Shown here: positions 1 to 12,937 of the stretch, one piece after another
Layout: each line of letters starts with the position of its first letter
Numbering within the stretch: position 1 is the stretch's first letter
DNA from: the human T2T-CHM13v2.0 reference genome, Homo sapiens
Length of the DNA stretch: 64,000 nt
Direction of reading: 5' to 3'
Assembly (NCBI GenBank): GCA_009914755.4
Contig: CP068257.2
Location: forward strand, 44,256,001-44,320,000
The notes under the pieces: model-generated
The model's database searches: none
The model's input: only the letters and a program-made list of their open reading frames with translations
What the model was told of the DNA's origin: nothing
Position numbers and translations under genes: made by a program

Positions 1-554
1 GTTCGTTAGGCCCCGTTGGTTAATGGTGTTGAGTCCTTCCAAATCCTTTGCTAATTCTCTGCCCAGTGGTTCTTTCAGTTGTTGACAGTAATAAAGTCTT
101 CAGCTGTCGTTGTGGATTTTTATATTTTTCTTTTCACTACTATTAGTTTCTGCTTCACATATTTTACAGCTCTGTTATTTGATTCATACACATTTAGGAT
201 TGCTATTGCTTATTTAGACTCTTTTATCATTATGTAATGTCCTTCTCTGTCTCTGATCATTTTCATTGCTCTGACGTCTATTTTTTCCGATATTAATATA
301 GCCATTCCTGCTTTCTTTTGATTAATGGTTGCACGATACGCCTTTTCCCATTAGTTTATCTTCAGTTTGCTTATATTGTTCTATTTGAAGTGAGTTTTCT
401 GTAGACAGCATATGATGGGGTCATATTTTTAAATCCACTCTGCCCATCTGTGCTTCAATTGGTGTATCTGGACCATTTATACTTAAAGTTATTACGGTAT
501 TGAGATGTTAGGGCTTAAATCTGCCATTTCACCTTTTATTTATCTTTTGTATTT
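1..554 (-). mobile_element. LINE-1 fragment (old subfamily, ORF2 5' region), antisense to the window
   Basis: Residues 100-540 align by eye to the reverse complement of L1 ORF2 start. Compare ...tttaggat..cttttatcattatgtaatgtccttctctgtctc... with the L1 antisense ...tttaggatagttagc..ccattatgtaatggccttctttgtctc..., and ccatttatacttaaagttattac with ccatttacatttaaggttaatat. The fragment is interrupted by the Alu at 555. Confidence 0.55.
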
Positions 555-850
<296 letters not shown>

Positions 851-1009
851 TAATTTTGTTGGCTTTGTTTTTTGTTTCTCTGGTTTTAGTTTTTTCTTTC
901 TTCCTGTGAGTCAGTGTACATTTTTTTGGAATTTTATTTTATCAGTAGCATTTTAGAGTATATATCTGTATGGCTTTCTTTTTTAGTGCTTGCTGTAGGT
1001 AGTATATCA

Positions 1010-1180
1010 TATATATACACACATACTGAATACTAAGTATATAGCATATATATACACACACAAATATATATATGTAGCACATGTATATACACATGTATAC
1101 ATACACATATATAACATACACATATGCAACATGCATGCACATCTAAATATACATATATGTCACGTGTGTGTGCATGTATA
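1010..1180. repeat. Simple repeat (TA/CA/TATGTG-rich)
   Basis: The region consists of atatatacacacatac... and catgtatacatacacatatata. Confidence 0.8.
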
Positions 1181-1185
1181 ATGTT

Positions 1186-1381
1186 TGAGACAGGATCTTG
1201 CTCTGTTGCCCAGGCTGGAGTGCAGTGACACGATCATGGCTCACTGCAGCCTCGACTAACCAGGCTCCAGCCGTCCTCCCACCTCAGCCTCCCCAGTAGC
1301 TGGGACCACAGACAGGCACCACCACACCCAGCTAATTTTTTAAATTTTTTTGTAGAGACAGGGTTTTGCCATGTTGCCCAG
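1186..1381 (-). mobile_element. Truncated Alu, minus orientation
   Basis: The sequence gagacaggatcttgctctgttgcccaggctggagtgcagtg...gcctccccagtagctgggaccacag...gtagagacagggttttgccatgttgcccagg matches Alu. Confidence 0.8.
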
Positions 1382-2673
1382 GCATATATGTGTTACCAAT
1401 TCTACTGCTGTCAACATTTCACCAGTTGGAGGGAAGAAACTGTAACTTCCTTTATAATTTTTTTACTGTCCCTCATTTATGATGTAGTTGCTTTAAATAT
1501 TTCCTAAGCATTCTGTACATATCAGACAATGCTGTAATTTTTGCATCAGTCATCAATCATAGTTTAGAGGACTCGAGAGTGAAGCCTTTCTATGCACTCA
1601 CATGTTTGCCTACTATGTTCTTTCTTCCTTCCTGATATTCCAAGATTTCATCATTATTTCATTTCTGTTTAGAGGACTTAGGCCTTCTCCCAGCGTAGGC
1701 ACGCTGGCAGCAACTTCTCTTCATTTTCCTTCATCCCATAATGTCTTTATTCCTGATTATTTTCACTGGATATATCATTCCAGTTGGCACTTCTGTCCTT
1801 TTCAGCACTGAGCAGTTCGGGGCCACGTCCTCCTGGCCTCCGTGCTTCTCGCCTGAAATCCACGCCATCCGTTGTCTCCCTCCTGTAGCATGGGGTCATG
1901 TCCCTCTTGCTGCTTGCAAGAATTATTCTTTGCCTTTGGTTTTTAGACTCTTGACTACAATGTGTGTTTGTGTGGATTTCCTTGGATTTATCCTGTTTGG
2001 GGTTTACTCAGCTTCTCAAATATGTAGGTTTTTACTTTTTGCCAAATTTGGGAAGTTTTAGCCATTATTTTTTCAAGAGCCTTTATCCCCATCCCCTTTG
2101 TTCTCTTTTTCTGGTACCCTAAGGACATGAATGTTAGGTCCTCCCCATGTCCCACAGGTCTCAGGGGCCCCATCTGTGTGTCTTCGGTCTGTGTTCTCCC
2201 TCTTGTTGGGACGGGGTACTTTCTGTTGTTTTTTCTCACAGCTCCCTGCTTCTCTCCCCTGACTCTTTCACTCTGTTATGGTTCTTTCTAGTTCTGTCGT
2301 TCCCTTTCAGTTGCCTGCATCTCCCATTAGCTTGGTGGGAACTGGCTTCTCTGTGGAGGTATTCTATTCTGTTTTCTCATTTGTTTAAAGAGTGTTCCTG
2401 CTTGTTTGCTGAAGCATTTTTATGAAGGCTGCTTTCACTTCTTTGTCAGAGGATTCCGACAGCTCTGTCATCCTGGGGCTGACACTGTCTTTCATTCAGT
2501 TTGAGATCTTTTGGGTTCTTTGTATAACAGGTGATTTTCTTTTTGAAATCTGGACCTTCTGGATATTACGTTATGAGACTCTGGTTATATAAACCTTCTG
2601 TTTAGCTGGCTGCCTCTGATACTTCTCCAGCAGGGGAAACAAGAAGTGAAAGTCCAGGCTTTCCACTCGGCCT

Positions 2674-3200
2674 CTGCTGGTACCAAGGGCAGAGGACGTG
2701 GTGAGGTGTGGAGGAGGCCTCATTGCCGCTGGTACCAAGGGCAGAGGACATGGTGAGGTGTGGAGGAGGCCTCGTTGCCGCGGGTGCCAAGGGCAGAGGA
2801 TGTGGTGAGGTGTGGAGGCCTCATTGCTGCGGGTGCCAAGGGCAGAGGACGTGGTGAGGTGTGGAGGAGGCCTCATTGCCGCGGGTGCCAAGGGCAGAGG
2901 ACGTGGTGAGGTGTGGAGGCCTCATTGCCGCGGGTGCCAAGGGCAGAGGATGTGGTGAGGTGTGGAGGCCTCATTGCTGCGGGTGCCAAGGGCAGAGGAT
3001 GTGGTGAGGTGTGGAGGAGGCCTCATTGCCGCGGGTGCCAAGGGCAGAGGACGTGGTAAGGTGTGGAGGAGGCCTCATTGCCTCTGGTACCAAGGGCAGA
3101 GGACGTGGTGAGGTGTGGAGGAGGCCTCATTGCCGCTGGTACCAAGGGCAGAGGACGTGGTGAGGTGTGGAGGAGGCCTCATTGCCGCTGGGCAAGGGTG
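2674..3200. repeat. Minisatellite, ~49-52-bp unit, ~10 copies (ctggtaccaagggcagaggacgtggtgaggtgtggaggaggcctcattgccg)
   Basis: Direct tandem copies are visible. Copies differ by cgt/atg/atgt and by the presence of gaggagg. Confidence 0.85.
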
Positions 3201-5224
3201 GGAGCTCTGGGGCCCTGGAGGCCTGTGCAGAAACCTCCCTGCTCAGAGGAGGGGGCTCCCTCATTACTGACCCCGCATTGCCTCCACTGACACCAGGGGG
3301 CAAGGACTCACCACCTGTGGAGATGAGAGCCTCTGTCCCTGCTCAGCCTGCTCTGAAGCCACCCCCGCATGGGGTTCGGGAGCCTCTTGACAGCCTGGTG
3401 AGGGCGGAGGTCTAGGCTCTGTACGCGGCCTTTGCTGCGTGGGTGGGGAAGGGCACCGTGTCCTCCGTGGTGCCTGGTGGAATAAAGGAGCTGCTGCTCA
3501 ACATTTCCAGCCTCACTGTGCTGTCCCTTCACTGACCCTTCGGCTGCAGAAAGCAGACTTTTGTTGAGGCCCTTTTCTTGTCTGTGCCTGTTGGCATTTC
3601 CGGCTTGCCAGCTTTTCCACTTCCAAGTCTGAGAGACATAGAGAAAGCCCAGGGGTTCACCACCACGCTGTTCCCTGTGTGCCCTGGTCCCTGGCTAGTC
3701 TGCCTTTCCTACGCATTTCAGTCTTCTTGTGTTTGTTGTGGATACAATATCCAGGCTGTTTTGTTGTTTTTAGCAGGAAGGATTGGGAAGCACTGTGTGC
3801 TCCATTTCCCAGAAGCAGCAGCCTTGCCACTCCTTTTGTGCATGTGGCATCTGAGAGCACAGATGCCGGAGCTGCTGGGGCTGCGCCAGCTTTGCCCTGC
3901 TCAGCTGCGTCACCAGAGCAGGCCCTCCAGCCTCTCCAGCATCAGTCCTTCCATCTGTAAGACAGGGTGATGGTGGCTCCACACCTCATTCAGTTGGAGG
4001 GACAAGTAAAGGCATCAGCAGACACCAGCTGCTGAGGACAGGCCCAGCCAGAAGCAGACAGGAGCTCTGTGGCATGGGGGACACTGTCACCAGTGGCCTC
4101 GTTCCCCAGCTGTGCACACGTTGGTGTTGGTTTCCACTGGGCACCCAGGCAAACAGCGTCGCCATTCCGGGCACCTACTTTTTGAATGTCTGTGCCTTTT
4201 GTGGGAGAAGAGATTTCTGCAAACGTAATTTCTAGTTTAAAGTTGGCAAGCATTTTAGACTATTGGTGCATCCTGCCAGGTCGCCCTTTATAGAGGCTGC
4301 AACTACTACGCACTCCCTAAGCTTCCCGGAGAGCCCTGGCTTCGTGACGACCTCACTGTTGTCACAGCTGCTCTTATCAATAGATGTCTAGTACCAGCCC
4401 ACGGCGAAGAGAGACGAGCCAGACTCTGGAAGGTTGGGCCGCCTTTCCCTGACCTGCCCTTGCAGCTGTGCTTGCAGCTCTGTCCTCCGGGGATGGCCCT
4501 GCATCGCTGCTGACCCATGGGCATTTCCGGAGGGGGCTAACGGTTCTCAGGGTCTCTCCTCAGGAGCACTGGGGTCCTCACACTCTGCTGGGTACCTGTC
4601 CTGGCCGTGTACGAATCCCAGGGAGGCCGCACAGGGCAGGGGGGTCTGCCCTAGCTGAGCCCTGCTCTGAGCCGGGCCCTCCTCCTGCTCCTGCAGCTCT
4701 TGAGTGTCACCTGTTTCTGTTACTGTAATAATGACATCTCCTTTCTTGGGAAGGCACCTTGCTTACCTGTTTTTCTTCAAGGATAGCACAGAGCCTAAAG
4801 CTTAGTGACTGCCTAGGAAATATTTGTTAAAATAATCAAGTTATTAATTAATAACTGGCGTTACCTCCAGGGTGGATTTCAGTCTGCTCCTTGCATTTAT
4901 GGGTGCCCGCGGGTGGGAACCGGGGCTAGAGCAGCTCACCCTGCTCCTGTAGTCCCACCTCCCACGCCACAGCAGGGTGAACTGGCCCCTCACTCACCTG
5001 GGTCTCCCAGCCGGGGCCACCCACACGCCACCGCACACAGCACCTTCCCCACGGCAGATGCCTGCTCCGGGGCAGGGCCCTGCTCCACAGCGACACAGCA
5101 CGTGATACCACAGGCAGCTATCCTCCCGCCAGCCTCCTGTGTGCAGCTTCAGTGCTTTTAGACCCGCAATTGGAGCTGAATTCTTAAATCCCTGGTGGGT
5201 TTTGAGTGAAGCTGAAATGAATAA

Positions 5225-5495
5225 ACATGTTCCACACGTGGACAGTATCTATACATGGAATGATTATAAAGTTTGCACATCAAATCACACGTGGACAGTA
5301 TCTACATGGAATGATTGTAAGGTTTCCACCTTAAACACACGTGGACAGTATCTATACATGGAACGATTATAAAGTTTGCACATTAAATCACACATGGACA
5401 GTATCTACATGGAATGATTGTAAGGTTTGCACATTAAACACACGTGGACAGTATCTATACATGGAATTATTAGAAAGTTTGCACATTAAATAGCC
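5225..5495. repeat. Tandem repeat with alternating ~60-bp and ~58-bp subunits (higher-order ~118 bp, ~2.3 copies)
   Basis: The motif acacgtggacagtatctatacatggaatgattataaagtttgcacat.aaat alternates with ...ctacatggaatgattgtaaggttt.... Confidence 0.8.
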
Positions 5496-6810
5496 CTTGT
5501 ATGTTAGCTTCCTAAATACACCTTTATGGGCTCAATACCACTTTGCCATAAGCAAGTAAGTAAAGAAAGGAATCTTTCGTTCTGGCCCGTGCACTGTTGC
5601 ATGACTGGAGCTGTGTTGATGCCCTCATCCTGGGTCTGTTTCGTCTGTGGAGACAAAGAGCGATGTGTGTGGGAGTGGGGGTTCAGGCAGGAGCGCTCAC
5701 AGGGGCTTCAGAGACGGTGGAGTGGAGAGAGGAGCTGTTAAATGTAAGTGCCCCGAGCTGCCGTCAGCAGCTGCATGCGGGCCAGCAGCCTCTGATTTGC
5801 CTTCCTCCGACTGCAAAAGTCGTTAAATCACATCAAGCCTGGGGCCTGCTTAGAAGCTGTCAGGACCGTCTTCTCTACTGTTCCCCTGATGCCTCCATTG
5901 TGAAGACCCAGCCCAGCTCTGAATGCAGGGACAGCACCTGTGCTTCCTGGCAGATGCAGCTCAGAGCAGGAAACCTGGTCTCCACCTTGGGCAGACAGCA
6001 ACGGTGCAGGCAGTGTGGTTGCCTGGCACCCCTTCCTCCCCTCCTCATGGCCAGGGCCACGGCCAGCCTCCTCCTCCCTTCTTCTGCAGCCCGCCCTTGG
6101 GAAAGGATGCTGTGGAGTTAGAGGCGGGGAGCTTCAGGCCTGGCTGCGTCTTTCCCTAGCTTGGGGACCTTTGAACAATTCCCGAGTCTCCCTGCCATGG
6201 CTCTTGTGGCAGTACATTGCGGTGGCTACAGATGTTTGTTGCCGTGAGTGCTGCTCAGCCCTCACGTGCTTGTCCATCTGCCTGTGGCACTGGCATCCAG
6301 GGAACAGCTTTCAAGTACATGGAGATTTCACCTGCAGCTTCTGATCCCCCCAGATTCTCTCCAGTGTGACTTTAAGGAAAAGATACTTATGAAAACCAAA
6401 GGGAGCTTTTAGAAGTCAGCGTAGCTCCGAGACGGAGGCCTGTTTCTGCTCTGTCTTGGAGCTGACAGTGGCTCCAGCCAATGACCCCATTCCTCCAGTA
6501 GCCCTCAGTAAGGAGTGCTGTGTCCCTGACCTCAGTACTTGGCCCACGCCAGGGGCTGGGACTGCATCTGTCACTGCCAGGGTGGGAGACGTGGCCTCGC
6601 AGCTGTCTAAGGGGCAGTTTCCAGCAGCTACTCTGCTGCGGGAGAGAATGGAGCAGACAGGTCATGAGGCCAGCATGAGAGCATGGGGAGGGGTTCTGCC
6701 TGGCCACACCCTGCAACTAGACAACACTGCACGCCCGCTGGGCAGCACAGAAAAGGCTGAACAGACCAGCTGTTGGCGGGGCCGTGGAGGAGCTGCAGCT
6801 CTGTGCGCAG

Positions 6811-7635
6811 CTGAGGGAAATGTGGATAACAGAACCTGGAACTCGGTGCACTTAGGGGGATGTGGATAATACAACCTGAAACCCTGCGCTGCTGAGGGGA
6901 ATGTAGATAATAGAACCTGGAACTCTGTGCACTGCTCAGGGGAATGTGGATAATAGAACCTGGAACTCTGCACAGCTGAGGGGAATGTAGATAATAGAAC
7001 CTGGAACTCTGCACTGCTGAGGGGAATGTAGATAACAGAACCTGGAACTCCGCATTGCTGAGGGGAATGTAGATAATAGAACCTGGAACTCTGTGCACTG
7101 CTGAGGGGAATATAGATAATAGAACCTAGAACTCTGCATTGCTGAGGGGAATATAGATAATAGAACCTGGAACTCTGTGCACTGCTGAGGGGAAGGTAGA
7201 TAATAGAACCTGGAACTCTGTGCATTACTGATGGGAATGTAGATAATAGAACCTGGAACTCTGTGCGCTGCTGAGAGGAATGTAGATAATAGAACCTGGA
7301 ACTCTGCACTGCTGCAGGGAATGTAGATAATAGAACTTGGAACTCTGTGCACTGCTGAGGGGAATGTAGATAATAGAACCTGGAACTCTGTGCACTCCTG
7401 AGGGGAATGTAGATAATAGAACCTGGAACTCTGCACTGCTGAGGGGAATGGAGATAATAGAACCTGGAACTCTGTGCATTGCTGAGGGGAATGTAGATAA
7501 TAGAACCAGGAACTCTGCATTGCTGAGGGGAATGTAGATAATAGAACCTGGAACTTTGTTCACTGCTGAAGGGAATGTAGATAATAGAACCTGGAACTCT
7601 GTGCACTGCTGAGGGGAATGTAGATAGTGGAACCG
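6811..7635. repeat. Minisatellite, ~43-bp unit, ~19 copies (gaggggaatgtagataatagaacctggaactctgtgcactgct)
   Basis: Tandem copies are visible. They explain the minus-strand ORFs 6628-7674. Confidence 0.9.
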
Positions 7636-8904
7636 CCGTGCCGCGGTCTTGAACAGTTTCTTAGGAAGTTCCACGTGCTGCTTCCGCAGGATCCAACCGT
7701 TGTGCTCCTAGGTGGTACCTGCAGGAAATGGAAGTGCTTCCATGAGAAGAACTGTGCACAAATGTCTAAAGCAGCTTTACTCGTGTATCCCGCCTTGCAT
7801 ACAGCTCGAATGTTCTTCACTGGTTGAGTGGAAGAGCCAGTGGTGGTTTTTTCCCACGGTGGAATTCTAAACAGAAAAGAACTGTTTATATGCTCAGCAG
7901 CGTGGATACATCTTCTATAAATACTAAGAGAAGCCAGACACAAAAGAATACTTACGACATGATTCCCTTTGTGTCGACTTCTGAAAGTCCAGGAGTCTAT
8001 AGTGACCGCAAGTGGGCACCTGTCGGCGGGCAGTGGCGGGTGGAGTGGGAGCACGGACCACAGGGGACCAAGGACTGCAGGTTCCTGTGAGCCACTGTGG
8101 GACACCCCAGGGGTATACACGGGCAAGATTGTCACACTGTAGACTTGAAGTATGTGCAGCCTATTAACCATCAATGATACCTTTAAAAGGCCATGACACC
8201 ACATTACACACGCAAGGTTAAACGGTGAGTCGGTCTGTGCCACTGCACGGGGCCATCAGAGCTCTCTCTGAGCGCCTCCTCCCCTGGCCCGGCCCCTTCT
8301 CCTGCACAGCCCCGGGGCCTCTGCGCCCCTTTGACCTCAGCCTCCTGGGCTGTCTCAATTGCCCTGTGCCTGTCACCCAGTGGGAGCAGCCCCTGAGTCA
8401 GGACGTCCACACAGCCTGCCTTCCACAGAGCACCACCGGCCTAAAATCACCACAGGGTCAGAATCTAATGTAAGGGGGGTTTATTCAAAGGCAGCTGGAG
8501 GCTGGCCCACCCGGAAACACCAGCTCCAGAGAAATGGAGTCCGCCCTCGGGAGTAGGGAGGGGAAGGGTGCCCTCGGGCAGGCAGAGGCGGAGGCTTTTA
8601 GCAGGACCACGGTGTCCTTCCCACGAGGTGGGCGCTGTCACAGCGTTTGATGGGTGACAGACAGTGCCTGCTTCAGGGAAGGGTGCATTTAACCTGTCAG
8701 AGGGTGCGGCAGTCACCGTTTCCTGTCTTCTGGTCCTTGCTTATCAGGACAAAGGGGAAGTTCCTCTACAAGGGTCATGAACTAAGAAGGCAGGAGGTTT
8801 CTGCCCCTGGCATTGGTTAATTCCCTCCAGTCATCGTGCAGAACAAGGAAACAGAGTGCATTAGTCCCTGGCCTGAGAAAGGGGAGCTGCAAGTGCACGT
8901 GAGG

Positions 8905-9023
8905 GGCGCAGTCCCGTCTCTGACGGGGCGTGGGGGGCGCGGTCCCGTCTCTGACGGGGCGTGGGGGGGGGGGCGGTCCCGTCTCTCACGGGGCGTGGGG
9001 GGCGCGGTCCCGTCTCTCGTGGG
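8905..9023. repeat. GC-rich ~31-bp tandem repeat, 4 copies (gcgcggtcccgtctctgacggggcgtgggggg)
   Basis: Direct tandem copies with variable poly-G. Confidence 0.8.
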
Positions 9024-9427
9024 GCTTCATGTACCAGACCATGTTCATGTTCACACCTGGGAGGAGGGGAAGCAGGCATGGTCTGTGCGGCAGGTCCAGC
9101 CAACCCACAGGGCCTTGGATGAGTCTCTGCAGCTGAGGCTGGCACTGCCAGGGCTGACCCCAAGGCTGTGGCTAAATTGGGCTCCCAGCACTGGCCCTGT
9201 GTCCTCCGTGAGGAGATCTGCACCCCAGGTCTATGCATGGACTGTCCCCACCCCCAGGCCCCAAGCTCAGCTCCCTTCAACCTGTGTGTCCTCAGGGCAC
9301 CTTCACTCCATCCACCTGGGTCTCCCCATCTTAGTGACCGTCTCCACTGTGGGTGCCAGGACCCTCTCTACTTCCATAGCTATGCGTCAGGGCCACTGTG
9401 TGAGCTGGAAATCAGCGCAGGGAACTC

Positions 9428-9497
9428 TGGAGAGGGGAGGGAGTCCTGGGGAGGGGAGGGAGTGCTGGAGAGGGGAGGGAGTCCTGGAGAGGGGAGC
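9428..9497. repeat. 24-bp tandem repeat, ~3 copies (ggagaggggagggagtcctgga)
   Basis: Direct tandem copies. Confidence 0.8.
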
Positions 9498-12400
9498 CGA
9501 TATTAACAGGGAAGCCCCATGAGGAGGGACCATGATGGAGCGAGGACTGAGTGCAGGAAGGAGGGTGTTCTAGGCCCGGGCAGAGAGGGGAGTCTCTAGG
9601 GAGGAGAAGTGCCGGGGGCTTTTACCCTCAGGGCCTATGGCAGTTGTGGGGTGATGGATGAGGCCTTAGACTAAACTCTGAGAGAATGGGATGTGGAGAG
9701 TTGTCTTGAGCAGGGAGGGAGTGGGGAGGAGGGAGGGGGCTCTGTGTTGCTGGTTGGAGGCATCCCTGGCACCTGTCACAGCAGGGGCTGGAGGGTGGGG
9801 CAGGAGCTGGGGGCAGTGGGGGTGGAAGAGGATGCAGAAAAGCTCAGATTGTGCCTCACATGGTGGGTGGGGCTGCTGGGCTTGTTAATGCATGGGATGG
9901 GGTGGGTCAGGAGTCGTGCTGGTCACATATGTCAGATGTGGGTGTCTGAAATCCCCGTGGCCACAGCTGTAGGCTGCATCCCCTGGGAGCTGGGGTGCAG
10001 AGTGTGTTCTGGCCTGAGGCACATCTGCAGATGGTGGTCCACAGACCCCCTGGGCAAGTGCAGACAGTGGGGAGGAGGTGGGGGCCCCGGGTACAGACGG
10101 GGGGCAGGGGGAGGCAGGAGGGGACCCTGGGTATAGACAGGAAGGGAGGCAGGTGAGGGCCCCGGGTGCAGACGGGGGGTGGGGATGAGGTGGGTGGGGA
10201 CCCAGGCCCTCACGGATGACTGTGCCTGTCTCTTCTCCCTGTCCCATTGCATGGGCTAAAATGTGCTAAATCTCCAGCACTGGACGGGACAGAGGGAGGG
10301 ACCTGGATGGACCAGAGCTCTGCCTGTTTCTGGAACACAGTGTGGGGAGGGGCGGGCAAGCCTCAGAACGGGCTCCATTCTGAGAAACGGCCAGTCCCAT
10401 GGGGCCTTGGATGCCAGTGGTCCGAGCATGGGCTGCTGCAGGCTCTACTTCAGCCCTTCATTTCCTGGTAGCCACTGAGCTGCCCCATGGACACTGGGCA
10501 GATGGCCAGTGTTAGCTGGGAAGGACAGCAGCAGCCGCAGAGGTGGCAGCAAGGCCAGGGCACTTTGCAGACGGCATGGACGGGTAGGTGCCTAGGGAGA
10601 GCCAGAGAGTGGTTGATGCCTCGTCCACCCTGGCCTTCCGAGTGGTCTGCAGCTCTGGGAGCTGCTGACTGGAGCAGGGTAGGTCCTCTGGGGCTCTGGG
10701 CACTGAGTCCCAGGTGACCCGCACGGCACAGGATGGCCTCTCACTCATGCTGCCCTTGCAGTGAAGAGAGGCACAGGCTGCAGCTCGCTGGCCTGTGTGA
10801 CTGATAGAGGCTGACAGCCTGGAGCCCCAAGCACCCCTGGCAGGAGCTGACCCACTTTCCCTTCCCTGGGCTGGAAACCTTGACATAACAGATGGCTGCA
10901 GGGCCCTGCTGTCCCTCTGATGGGGAGGAGAGTTTTTAATTAAAAGGGAGGCACAGAGCTCCAGACCAGCCACACCGAGATGCAGTCCATGTGTGCGGGT
11001 CCGTCGGCACCCACAGGTGAAAGGGTACAGCCAGGCTTATCTCAGGGTGCCCATGTGCACACAGAGGTGCTTCTCAGGGGCCACGCCATGCATTTGAACT
11101 GATACTCTGCTCTCCTTTCTGAGATCTGTCTACACGAATGCACTACTTAGAATGAGTCACTGAAGCAATGGTGTGAGCTGTGCTGTCCAGCAGAGCTGTC
11201 CGCGGTGCCAGAAATGGCCTCTCTCTGTGCTTTTCCCCCAGTAGCTGCCGCCGCCCACACGAGGCTGTTTGGCACTTTAAATGTGCTTGTGGATGTTTAG
11301 TTTTAAACTGAAAAAGGCACATGTGGCTGTCCTGCTGCACAGTGCAGCGAGAGCATTCTTATGCAAGGGTGATCTTCGGAGCCCTTTGTGCTACGTGAAG
11401 TCCTCCTTAAATGCAACGTGAAAATCCTTGTCCTTCAAAGTGTCATTTTATTACAAATAATAATGTAATAAAATTACAAATTAATACAAATACTATTACA
11501 GATAACAATTTGTAATAAAATTACAATAATTTTGTGATAGTCTGAGTGTGTTGATGAAGTGACCTATACATGTGTTTTTAAGCACAGGTGTAGACAGCGT
11601 AAGCGCGGGTGTAGACAGCGTGTCACTTTGTCAGTGCAGAGGTGCATCCCTGGCTGTGGCTCCCGTCCACCCCCTGACACCTGTGGCTGCTCTTTGTAGA
11701 TCCTCCTTACACACCACAAAGGCAGTTGGAACGGGCTTTACGTCTGTGTTATCTTTGTGTTTTTCTTTTAGCATATTCTTTTAACAGAACTATTTTATTG
11801 AGAAAAAAGCCCTCTGCCCTGACTTTTAACCCATAGCCGCCTCTTCTGTGTGAACCGGTTGAATCAAAGGGCAGTGTCCAGGCAGCTCGATTATGGTGGG
11901 GGGTGCAGCTTCACAGGTTTCTGTTCCTGGTGGGTTTTACGAGCCAGCCCCCTCGGTGAGGTGTTGCCCTTCAGGGAAGGACTCGGGATGAGGCTGACTC
12001 TGCAGAGCCCAGTACCTCGGAGCAGGGTCCCCACCGTGCCACACAAAGTCACCCTGACTGTTGCACGAGTCCCTCACTTCCACTACCATCATTCTTTGCT
12101 GGTCAGTCATAAAATGAGGCCTTAATTTTGCCCAGTGGGCTCCGTCAACTCACTGAATGATGGCACACAGTAGTGACACGATGACTGCAGACAGCACTGT
12201 GTGCTTGGAAGGCACTTGCCGAGAACTGCCAAGGACACCAGCCGTTTGGCAGCTTGGTTGATGGAGACTAAGTCATATGAGAGCATGAGGGGATGAGGAT
12301 GGCAGGCTTGGGACGTGAAGGGCCGGCTCCCACACCCTGGTCAGGGGACTCTGGCACCCCGTGACTGTGTGTTGAGGCCACAGCAGAAGCAGGGGGCAAA

Positions 12401-12773
12401 GCCCCAGGGCGCTGGGCCTGTGAGCTGCAAGTCCCCTGGGCCTCACAGGGGTAGCTCCTGCCAGTCTCCGGCTGCTGAGAGAGGTGCTTCCGTGACCCTG
12501 GGCAGATGCAGACCTCGGCCAGGGGCTGCGGTGGCCTGCCCAGCGTCAGGAGGGAGGCAGCCGTGGGGCCTCCCTGGAGACCTCTCCCAAGGCCCTCCCC
12601 TGAACTCCCGTGCACCCTGTGCCCAGCAGGCGAGGCCTGGTCAGCACATGGTGGGTGGGCAACCCCATTCTCCTGCCACCCGGGAGGCCGGAGTGGGAGC
12701 GGCCCAGGACACCCCTGGATGTGCGTGGTCCGTGAGACTCTTCTCTAGCAGCAGCTGTGCCTTCTCTCTCCAG

Positions 12774-12928
12774 GTGACGCCTTCTGGGCCCCATCTGTCC
12801 TTCCTCACAGCACCCTCAGCACCTTAAGCCACCACCCTCAGCCACAATTTGGCAGAAGGATGGAGTCCAAGGTCTCAGAAGGTGGCCTGAATGTGACCCT
12901 CACCATCCGCCTGCTGATGCATGGAAAG
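12774..12928 (+). CDS. PCBP3: PCBP3 coding exon (first in window). It begins at acceptor ctctctccag|GT and contains the internal ATG at 12860 (MESKVSEGGLNVTLTIRLLMHGK). The upstream part, G-DAFWAPSVLPHSTLSTLSHHPQPQFGRR, is coding only in the long isoform.
   Basis: Polypyrimidine tract plus AG at 12772-73. An in-frame stop (TAG 12746-48) lies just upstream, so the ORF cannot extend further 5' without splicing. The GT donor at 12929 (aag|gtaagagg) joins in frame to the next exon. The translation matches the KH1 N-terminus of the PCBP family. Confidence 0.85.
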
Positions 12929-12937
12929 GTAAGAGGA

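Noticed and set aside
6628-7674. Minus-strand ORFs up to 314 aa
   Set aside because: They are read-through of the 43-bp minisatellite and give periodic peptides (SSRFYYLHSPQQCRVPGSIIYIPL...).
8836-10252. G-rich ORFs (228 aa plus and 120-139 aa minus) in a GC-rich stretch
   Set aside because: They are low-complexity Gly/Pro/Arg translations of GC-rich sequence partly overlapping short tandem repeats. I could not support an exon, and there are no splice-consistent links to the PCBP3 frame.
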